In this document: piece by piece, positions 48,626 to 57,728 of the stretch
How positions within the stretch are numbered: the stretch's first letter is position 1
How the letters are laid out: the number at the start of each line of letters is the position of its first letter
Source of the DNA: Priapulus caudatus
Taxonomy: Eukaryota
Length of the DNA stretch: 57,728 nucleotides
Assembly: GCF_000485595.1 (NCBI RefSeq)
Contig: NW_014577090.1
Span: 13,324 to 71,051 of the forward strand
Direction: 5' to 3'
Translations under genes and position numbers: made by a program
The notes under the pieces: generated by a model
What the model saw: the letters and a program-made list of their open reading frames with translations, nothing else
The model's database searches: none
Told to the model about the DNA's origin: nothing

Positions 48626-48812
48626 TGACGTCATCAATTATTGTCTTATATAGTGACGTCATCGAGGCCGTCTTAGCCGTTTGCCGTCACTTGACCCACA
48701 CCGTGTGACGTCATCCACGCGTCTCTTCCACTGTGACGTCATCCATCAGTTTAAAGTCACCTATCATTCTAGTTCACTGCATGACGTCATACATCGCTCT
48801 CCTGTGACGTCA
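48626..48812. promoter_or_regulatory. Cluster of six TGACGTCA (CRE) palindromes in the Cdx 3' region
   Basis: Perfect sites at 48626, 48654, 48706, 48734, 48782 and 48805, with non-repetitive spacers; function is inferred only. Confidence 0.5.
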
Positions 48813-48960
48813 TTTTGGTGTTCCCAGGACGTTCCGTGAGTTGCGTGTAGGTTGCACGCCCGCGTCCGTGAATCTTCCGCTATGAGCGTGCGGGTTTTCC
48901 CGCCAGTCTCTCAATCAACTATTTACACGTTACGATTCTGCAGCGCCACCTGGCGTCCGA

Positions 48961-49068
48961 TTATCCAAGGTGCGCATGCATCGCACCCTGCTGTTGCACT
49001 GCCGACACTTGCATGACATTTGACGGCACTTGGTGGCCGTTGTGGTGATGTTGGTGGTCCACGACTTG
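48961..49068 (-). CDS. Cdx: Cdx/caudal terminal coding exon
   Basis: ctacttccttgcag|CAA GTC GTG GAC...GGA TAA; phase 0; QVVDHQHHHNGHQVPSNVMQVSAVQQQGAMHAHLG* (His/Gln-rich tail). Confidence 0.75.
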   Translation of the reverse strand, partial: QVVDHQHHHNGHQVPSNVMQVSAVQQQGAMHAHLG

Positions 49069-49288
49069 CTGCAAGGAAGTAGACAGACAAGTGACCAACT
49101 TGTAAAAGTGATGACAAAATTTGCGCTCACGAATACGAACACGTAATGATTATAATTGTAATGTTAAATTATTTTTGACGTCTTCTTAAAAGAAGAAGTG
49201 ATTGTTTGCGTGCGCACACGCCCGCGGACGTATATCTATAGAGATATTACCGTATGCTCAGGATGTTTTCGCGTGCGTGCACGTGGCC

Positions 49289-49293
49289 GTGTG

Positions 49294-49337
<44 letters not shown>

Positions 49338-49350
49338 TCCGTGCGTCCGT
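49289..49350. repeat. (GT)n/(GCGT)n microsatellite in the Cdx intron
   Basis: Direct reading. Confidence 0.9.
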
Positions 49351-49693
49351 CTGTGTATCAGATTTAATCGTGTCAGTGAATTGACTTGCGCTGAGCGCAA
49401 AAAATTGATTTCCACCGACTTTGCTCGAGTTTTGGGACCTATTTGTTTTCGTATTCAACGTCCGATTGCCTCCATTTTCATTAGCTTTGTTTTAATTTAA
49501 TTTATCAAGTATTTTTTATATGGTGATATAATCCAATTGTCAATCAATTTCTGCCCGTGTCCCCTTACACTACACCTTTATAACAAATAAAATATTTAGT
49601 ATCATGCGTTTTATATTCGCGTTGTCACAGTTTAACTTGGCATCACAGCGCGTTTGGATTTTCTACAAAGCGATTCATCATTCTTTTTTTTAC

Positions 49694-49829
49694 CTGCTTC
49701 GTTATCTCGTCTCTCTTCTTGTTCGTTTTACGCTCCTTGGCTCTACGATTCTGGAACCAGATCTTCACTTGTCTTTCTGACAGCTGAAGCAACTGCGCCA
49801 ATTCCGACTTTCGTCTGATAGTTATGTAT
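49694..49829 (-). CDS. Cdx: Cdx/caudal homeodomain exon (helices 2-3)
   Basis: catttaccttgcag|A TAC ATA...AAG CAG|gtaaaa; (R)[41 protein letters not shown] and RRAKERK are Cdx-diagnostic. The upstream exons lie outside the window. Confidence 0.96.
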
Positions 49830-50145
49830 CTGCAAGGTAAATGCATACATATTTGTGTGTGCGTTGGGGTGCGCATGTGATTGTGCGTGCGCACGCACAA
49901 CGTCTGACACGAATGCGGTTAAGTTAATTTGATACTTTTAAATTAGTTTAAATTTTAAAAGAAGGAGGAATTTCGCGACTCGGCGGAGAAATAAAGATTG
50001 AGGGGCGCAGTCAATATGCATAGTACGATGTTGTGGGCGCGAGGGCTTTATGGGTGGCGACCTAAAGATTCACACTTATTCTAGGGTTAGTTACATTTAT
50101 TAGGTGTTAATTTTCTGTTTCTCGGAAATCTATGGGGCATCACCA

Positions 50146-50635
50146 CTCGACGAGTGGCGCGAGTACAAGATGGCCGTGCCGACGTACGGCGCCATCATGC
50201 TCGACACCGCCATGGAGAGCGTGCTGCTCGTGCAGGGCTTCTGGTCGAAGGTCAGCTGGGGCTTCCCGAAGGGCAAGGTGAACGAGGAGGAGTCGGCGAC
50301 GCGGTGCGCGGCGCGCGAGGTGCTCGAGGAGACCGGCTTCGACGTCGACGCGCTCATCAACGACGACGACTATGTCGAGTACGCACTCAACGGCCAGACG
50401 ATCCGGCTCTACATCGTCACGGGCGTGCCGCTCGACGCCGAGTTTGCGCCGCGCACGCGCAACGAGATCCGCGCGCTCCAGTGGTTCGCCATCGCCGACC
50501 TTCCCGCGCACAAGAAAGACACGGCGGCGGCGCGCGGCGCCGGCGGCGGAGTCGGTCTCAATCCGAACTCGTTCTTCATGGTGATCCCCTTCGTGAAGCC
50601 GCTGCGGCGGTGGATCTCGAACCAGCTCGGGAAAG
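50146..50635 (+). CDS. DCP2: DCP2 exon 3 (Nudix box and Box B), clean copy beginning at a duplication junction
   Basis: LDEWREYKMAVPTYGAIMLD...WGFPKGKVNEEESATRCAAREVLEETGFDV...FFMVIPFVKPLRRW; Nudix GX5EX7REUXEETG intact; donor AAA G|gtgggc, phase 1. Confidence 0.95.
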
Positions 50636-50883
50636 GTGGGCGGCGGCAGAGGGCGGGGGCAGGGAGTGGAGGAATGATAGTGGCAAATTTGGTCGGTTGG
50701 TGGTTTTTCCTGTATTCCTGAATGTGAGAGTAACTCTAGCATTGCCGCAATCATTCGGTGGGTTTATTAGTAACCCTCGTATATCTGTGTTCACGTGCGT
50801 GCGCGTTCGTGCGTGCATAAGTGGCTGTTGTAAAAGCACGTGCATTGTGTTTGACTATATCTGAGTGTGGGGAGTGTGAGTGT

Positions 50884-50922
<39 letters not shown>

Positions 50923-51061
50923 CAGGGAAAACAAATTTTTTTTTCACGGGAGCTCTTTTTCAAGTCTGTGGAAAAAAAAGCTCTCGTCAAAATTTTTTGT
51001 CAAGCGATTTCGGAGGTTTGAAGAGCGAATCGCTCATCGCTCCCGTGTATTTTTTACCCTG
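50923..51061. mobile_element. hAT-like MITE (139 bp) in a (TA)n tract
   Basis: Right end is the reverse complement of CAGGGTAAAAAATACACGGG, shared with the 15122 and 16757 elements. Confidence 0.75.
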
Positions 51062-51092
51062 ATATATATATATATCTCGTCTGTGCGTACAG

Positions 51093-51222
51093 GCGGGGAC
51101 GGACAGCAGACGGGCAGGCAGCGAAGCCGCACACTGGATGACACGGACAGACAGAAGCAGAAGCAGAGGCAGTATTTCGCTCAGCAGAATCAGAATGCAC
51201 TCAACGAATCCCAGACCCTGAG
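51093..51222 (+). CDS. DCP2: DCP2 exon 4
   Basis: ctgtgcgtacag|GC GGG GAC...CTG AG|gtgagt; 130 nt, phase 1/2, open frame GDGQQTGRQRSRTLDDTDRQKQKQRQYFAQQNQNALNESQTLR. Confidence 0.8.
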
Positions 51223-51658
51223 GTGAGTAAAGCCTGACGTGTTGAGAGGTTGTGGCTTTTGGTCACTCGGAGATAGGCTAGTGATAGTTACACCAAAAAT
51301 GATTGCATCACCATGTGTTATGCTACTAGTGTTAAGGTATAAGTTATAACTGGCTTGGCGCCTGGTGTCAGAAACAAAATTTGTCTTAAAATTAGCCTTA
51401 ACGTGAACCATTTTTCGTAGACTGCACCTCTACATACTGCATATAAGAGATACTGCGTGTAACTTTATCATGTCTCTCTCAACGGTCTACGAGAAAAAGT
51501 CGACGTTTGCACTAACCTTAAGACTTATTTTGTATCTGACAATGGGCCGCAGCTTATGGAGACAGGGTGAGGCGGGCGGGGGTCGAGTTTGAGGGGGTCG
51601 GCAAAGGTCAAATGTGCTTCGCGAGCCGCTCGTGATCGTTTGATCGTTGTGCTTTCAG

Positions 51659-52114
51659 GAACGCACGTCACACCGCCTCCTCCCCCCGCAGCCGGGGGCG
51701 GGGCACGCGCGGCACCCGGGAGAGGCACGAGAGCATCAAGGAGCACAAGGAGGACCGCTGCTCTCCCGTCAGCGCGACGAAACAGAAGAAGGAGGTGAGC
51801 CGGGACTCCGCGGCAGGAGGAGGGAGCGCGGAGGAGAGGAGGAGGAGGAGGGGAGGAGGAGGAGGAGGAGGAGGAGGAGAGAGGAGGAGGAGGAGGAGGA
51901 GAGGAAATCCACGATCCTGAATCGCGACGGGGAAGATCTCGGGGGCCAGCGCCGGCGCGCAAGTCCCCTGCGCAGGCAGTTCCGCGACGAGAGGCGACGA
52001 CGAAGAAAGCAGGGGCGGGGACGGGGGCCCTCCGAAATTTCGCTCGCCAGCGGTGGACAACTTCAGCTCGACCAACCAGCCTGATGGCCTGCTGCAGTTA
52101 GGTCCGGTGTGTGA
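51659..52114 (+). CDS. DCP2: DCP2 terminal exon, copy 2 (includes a GGA-repeat segment; 3' part noisy)
   Basis: gttgtgctttcag|G AAC GCA CGT..., phase 2 consistent with exon 4; the frame is uncertain beyond ~51800. Confidence 0.6.
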
Positions 52115-54566
52115 CGAGGGCGGCAGCGGAGGACGCGAACGCCGGGACCCCGCGGCCGTCGCAAACGCGGGCAACGACGGGCGGGCATCGATGTGTCGGT
52201 CAACCCGCCAGCCAGCAGGACCGTGGGGGAGTGCCGGGGTGTCTTACGAGAGACGGGAGGAGGAGGGGTATTGACGCACAGCAGTGTGTGTTACCGACCT
52301 CGATCCGTTTTGTGTCCGCGTCACGGACTATTGCGGCACACCATACACCCGTTCGCGACGTGTGGGTCGCGCGGGGCGGCAGTCACTTGCATGTTGCGTG
52401 TAGGTGAGGAGGGGTGGCATACAAACGCGTATACTCGGTTGACTCATCTCCTGTTTTATGCAATCGCTTGTGACGTGAGAGAGGGAGGACTCAGGCGTTG
52501 GTTTCCATCGGTAGCCGTACGGCAGGAACGTCGCGCAGCCGGAAAAAGAAAGATGATCGAAACGCAAAAGCCAGACGCCGCTATACGCGAAAAGCGTTGA
52601 CGCCGTACGAAGGCAATGTAAAAAATCGCAAACAGAAGCGAGACCGAGAAGGAATTACAAATTATTTAATCGTTATTTTTATGTGTTTCGCAGCTGTCTT
52701 TGGTTAGAATGATTGTTGCCCCGTGCATTTTACCACATTTAGACTGTAGAGGTTGCAGATGTCGATTGCAGTATATACCCCTTATTAGCACGGGTGGCTG
52801 TACCCTAGCTGACTTCATCTACTTAACAGTGCAGAGACGTAGGGGATTGATATAGCGTAGAGCAGAACAGACCTTGACACTGTGTTAACTAGGGTGACAC
52901 AGAGTCACCAGACCCGTCACGAGCATTTCTGTATGCCATGCTCAAACATTTCGAAATCGCTTAAGAAAACTCCGATGCGCGGGACGACTGCATGAAACAC
53001 ACTGTTGAAATTGCATCGTATCATCGTTGTGTCACTTATGGAGGATAATATCTAATGAGGCTTAAAGCGCGAATATTGTCAAGATATGTGGAGCCTTTCT
53101 TGTTTGGGGCATATGATCTTTGGACGTTCGAGAAGTGTGGCTAGTTTGCCGAAACATTGTTATGCCAGAGCGGATAATGACTGGTATTAATCATTTAATT
53201 AATAATAAACCACAGAAGGCATTGTGTTAGAACACGTTATTTGATCCTGATATGGCACCATTAGAATATCAGGACAAGACATAATTTTCAGTCTTACGCG
53301 TGATTTGCGTATTGAACGTGCGACTCGCCGCTTCGTACTGGAACGTATAGAGTTTAGGACTGGTGATTATCTCCTAATTACTGCTGTTGTCGCTGTAGTG
53401 TTTGATTGCTTCGCTTAAAAGTGCGCTTCGTATGTGAAGATGCAGCGGGCTTAGGCCCCGAAACTTGTCAAGTACAGTACCTGTTGAGCGACCGTGAATG
53501 TTCCACTTTAATATATGCATTACGATTGCTAATTTATTGGTGCAAGTAGAACCAGAATGTAAGAGGCGGAACAAACGAAGACGCGCTGACTGGGCGGGCA
53601 TGTACCATATTGTAAATATACCCTTTGCCTTTTGCCTTGTTTGCAGAAATTGCTGCGAACTTTTACGAGATATGATAGGTACAAAAACGTGGTGTGAAAG
53701 GTCCAAACTGCTTATAGCAAGAGATGCGGCAGACTGGAGCGGCTATTATCAGCACAGACATCTCGTGTGGACAAGACATTCTGTATATGTTCGACATATA
53801 TTATTAGATTCCTAGTGGGTGGGAGTGTATTATTTATAACTACAGTTACAGATTCTAGGGTCATTTAAGACTTGCATCTTAAAGCAAAATAATGTACCCT
53901 AATACTAATATGTAATAACCACCTAGGAATATTTGAAAAACGCCGCGTTTTCCCCCGCTTCGCAACACATACTGACGCACACCCACTGAACAAATCAGGC
54001 GGATCGAAAAACGCACGAGGGGGGGGGGGGGGGGGGGGGTCGCCGGATCGCTGGTTCCAACAAAAGCATGTCTTGACGTTAGCGTGCACGACAATACGGG
54101 ACCACCGTGGATCGCACGCGAGCCGGAACGGTGCACACCTGGACTGAAAATCTACGAAGAATACTCAGATCGATTTAAATTTCCCAGCCTCCATCGCACG
54201 CTGTACGCGGCGTGACGGCATCAATTATTGGCTATATGTGACGTCATCGAGGCCGTCTTAGCCGGCTTTGCCGTCACTGACCCCACACGATGTGGACGTC
54301 ATCACGCTATCTGCACGTGTGACGTAGCCATCGGTTAAAGTCAAACCTATCATTCTAGTTTCACTGCATGACGTGCATAACTCGCTCTCCTGTGGACGGT
54401 ACATTGTGGTGTGTCCCAGGACGTTACCTGTGATGAGTTGCCGTGACTGGTTGCACGCCCGCGTCCGGGAAATTCTTCCGCTATGAGCGTGGCGGGTTTT
54501 CCCGCCAGTCTCTCAATCAAAAATTACACGTTACGAGTCGGCAGGGCGCCAGCCTGGCGTGCCGGA

Positions 54567-55401
54567 TTAGGCCTAGGGCGCATGCATCGCACCCTGCTGG
54601 TGCACTGCCACACTGGCATGACATTTGACGGCACCTGGTGGCCGTGGTGGCTGATGTGGTGGGTTCCACGACTTGCTGCAAGGAAGTAGACAGACAAGTG
54701 ACCAACTTGTAAAGTGAGGACAAAATTGTGCGCTCACGAATACGAACACGTAATGATTATAATTGTAATATTAAATTATTTGACGTTTCTTAAAGAAGAA
54801 GTGCATTGTTTGTGCGCACACGCCGGCGGACGTAGTATCTATTATGAGATATTACCACTATGCTCAGGATGTTTATCGGCAGGCGTGCAACGTGGCCGTG
54901 CGTGCGTCCGTGCGTCCGCTGTGTGTATCGCATTTATCGTGTCAGTGAATTGACTGGCGCTGAGCCGCAAAAATTGATTTCACCGACTGTGCTCGAGGTG
55001 GGATCCTATTTGTGTTCGTATTCAACGTTCCGATTGCCTCCATTGCATTAGCTTTGTTTATAATTTAATTGATCAAGTATATAGTTTATATGGTGATATT
55101 AAGCCAATGGTCAAATCAACTTTCTGCCCGATGATCCCTTACCGCACTTTAGAAACAATACAATATTTAGTATCATCGTTGTTATATGCGGTATGTCCAG
55201 TTGAACTTGGCATCACAAGCGCGTGTCGGATTTTCTACAAGCGATGCATCAGTCTTTTGGTTACCTGCTTGATTAAGCGGCGCGCGCTTACTTGGTTCGT
55301 TTGACGCTACTTGCTCTACGAGTCTGGCAACCAGATCTTCAATTGTCTTTCTGACAGCTGAAAGCAACTGCGCCAATGCGACTTCGGCTGATAGTTATGT
55401 G
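54567..55401 (-). other. Cdx: Indel-riddled duplicate of the two Cdx exons (54567-54675, 55265-55401)
   Basis: Collinear with 48961-49829 with frequent 1-nt indels; probably assembly redundancy, not a paralogue. Confidence 0.8.
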
Positions 55402-55869
55402 CTGCAGGGTAATGCATACATATTTGTGTGTGGGTGGGCTGCCGCAGGTGATGTGCGGGGCGCCGACAGCACGGCTGACCGAATGCGGTAGTTTATGTGA
55501 ATGACTTTTAAATTAGGTTAATTTAAAGAAGGAGGGAAGGTCGCGACTCGGCGGAGAGGAAATAAGATTGAGGGGCGCAGTCAATATGGCATTGTACGAT
55601 TTGTGTGCGCGAGGGCTTTATGCGGTGGGCGACCTAAGGATTGCACACTTATTCTAGGGTTGTTACCATTTATTTAGGTGTTAATTTCTGTTTCTTCGGA
55701 AATCTATGAGGCATCACCAGAGGCTACGGCCCTGAGACATATCGCCATCTATTGGCTGATTTAGATTTTATTAGTTTAAAACAAAATGCTGCAAAATAAG
55801 ACACCAGGTTTCACTTTTCGTGTAAAACCACTGCGACGACTATATAATAATTATATATATATATTATTA

Positions 55870-56140
55870 TGTGCTGGTGTGGGTTGCGTGCTGTGTGTGT
55901 GGGTTGTGCATGTGTGTGTGGCGCATGGGTGGGTGTGGGTTGTGGGGGTGTGTGTGTGGTGGGGTTTGGCGTAGAGTGTGGTGGTGAGTGTGGCTGGGAG
56001 GTGTGTGTGTGTGTGTGTGGTGTGGTGGTGTGAGCATGTGTGTGTGTGTGTGTGCGGGGTTTGTAGTGGTGTGCGTGCACGGCGGTGGGAACGGATGTGG
56101 GGCTGTGTGTGTGTCTGTGCAGTGCATGCGTGCGTGAGCG
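55870..56140. repeat. Degenerate (GT)n tract
   Basis: Direct reading; it explains the His/Thr- and Val/Cys-rich ORFs. Confidence 0.9.
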
Positions 56141-57728
56141 GGCGTGTTGTTCTCTATTTAGAGTAGGACTTTTGATGACAATTGATTGTTAGTTGGTAGA
56201 TACTGTGCTTGTGGGGACAAAGGTTCACCACTATGCTGCGGAGAAAAACAACGGGAAGGCTTTAGTGAAGGGTTCGGTTAGGGGGTTGTTGGGGTCAAAC
56301 AATTAGCCGGTCTATGGCGCTCGTAAATTAAAGCGTAATTTCAACAAAATGATATATGGTTATATTAGATAGCATTATATATATAATAGAATAAGATATA
56401 TTTAAGGCCACGTGATTTTGAAAGGCTGCATACGTTTCACAAGGCAAGTTGGAACACAGGAGGTATTGAAGTCGATTAACTCACTATTTTAACGTATTAA
56501 ATTATTCAACATATATAACGTAATACATATATATTATATATAATATATATATCTAGTCATGACTAGACTAGACGATGATTAGTAAAGTGAATAGATTCGG
56601 AATAGCGCTTAGCTGTGCGGTCATAGTGTTCTTTTATATGTTTCTTAATTCGGTACAAACAGCATATAAAGCTTCTACAACTATAGCATTTTCAAACGGT
56701 GAAGATTCCTGTATTAAGTAAACGTTGTTAACGATGGTTACATCGGGTCAAAACCCGGGTAGTTGCATATATGCGCAGGATTCGTTCTGACATGATTTAC
56801 TACTGTTGTAATCGTTGTATAACCGAAATAAAGATACCTCGAAAAGACTCCATGAGAGCGATTACATATTGTACAGTTCCTAACTTACTTGCTATAGCAG
56901 AATCTTCTCGAGCTCTAGGCGTTGATGTGTCTGGGATATCGACCCGCTATTTATCGCTGGTACGGGTGTTCGCCCTGCAACAGGACAACGGAATCGGGTT
57001 TACGCACAGCGCACGCATACGCGCGCGATTTAAATACTAATTACTTATACTATATGTATATATATATATGTATATTATATTTAAATAGATTAAGTATATA
57101 TGAAAGTAATGTGTCTTTTGGTGAAAAATCGCCGCCTTTCATATATGAATATATTTTATATTTCGGGTGACTTGATCCATAGTATTATTACACTCTACTC
57201 GCAGTGTATATAACTCAATGATCTAAATGGCAAGACGTAAAGCAATTGGCAAGTATTGTATTTTAATGTCGTGCATCAATAATGAGTTAATGATATATTA
57301 TTAAACAATACTTAAATTATGTAGCATAGGCTGCGACCTATAGCTGCTAAGTTAAATGCGAACCTTATAAATTATTTAATACAATTGTTTATGACATGCT
57401 TTTAAGTTGCACATGATATATATAATATATATATTATATATATATACTATATAGTATAGATATATTATAATCGGTTCGTTGAAAAGGGTGTTCTAAGAAA
57501 AATTAAAACCCTGTTACAATAATAAGATTTACGCGAATAATGCGATTACGTTATAACAATTAAATTGCATTTCTGTTAAAGGGGAAAAACTGCAACATAG
57601 GGAATTAAAATGAAGCTGGGGGAAGATAGTCTATAAGCACCGATCACATATTAAAAGAATGCAGTAAGGCCGCGCACATTTTAAAGCACGTCACGTATGC
57701 ACGCCGCTGTTACGGTTCGAAATGTGGA

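Noticed and set aside
49985..50105. Cdx autoregulatory sites (TTTATG, TTTATT, AATAAA) in the Cdx intron
   Set aside because: Short AT-rich motifs expected by chance; no conservation data available.
50104..50145. N-terminal MLIFCFSEIYGASP and retrogene-like single-exon DCP2 ORF (50104-50721)
   Set aside because: These bases are Cdx intron sequence fused at the duplication junction; the true exon start is 44576.
54567..55401. Second Cdx paralogue or pseudogene
   Set aside because: The indel-dominated error pattern extends equally through introns and UTR and mirrors the clean/noisy pattern of DCP2, which fits raw long-read fill better than evolutionary decay.

Overview
Eukaryotic (bilaterian animal, probably invertebrate) draft-assembly window with N-gaps. 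Four spliced protein-coding genes can be reconstructed by hand, each with GT-AG boundaries and consistent codon phases: (1) arfaptin/ARFIP2-like BAR-domain gene on the - strand (exons 18100-18292, 14051-14209, 254-415, 8876-9062; C-terminal exons not seen); (2) an 85-aa small-Tim chaperone TIMM10B/Tim9b on the + strand that the ORF track misses completely (MDEAGVRN | FRDFLQLYNNVTQTCFDACVTDMHYRKMTDSE | GSCIDTCSSKFVNVNHRMM...); (3) mRNA-decapping enzyme DCP2 on the + strand, starting only 520 nt after the TIMM10B stop; (4) the last two exons of the ParaHox gene Cdx/caudal on the - strand, tail-to-tail with DCP2. Three large blocks are duplicated or triplicated, each pairing clean copies with indel-riddled copies. 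This looks like mis-ordered contigs plus long-read gap filling (possibly two haplotypes) rather than real paralogy. Introns and intergenic DNA hold many non-autonomous DNA transposons with visible TIRs/TSDs (Harbinger-like, hAT 8-bp TSD, 5-bp-TSD CAG-ended, 9-bp-TSD MULE-like, foldback, Helentron-type HINE). Most interesting: the divergent ARFIP2-TIMM10B pair (same arrangement as I recall in human), a possible TIMM10B-DCP2 bicistronic unit with a candidate poison exon, minisatellites built from the genes' own splice junctions, Cdx without Xlox downstream, and six CRE palindromes in the Cdx 3' region. Homology calls are from recalled protein sequences, not database searches.
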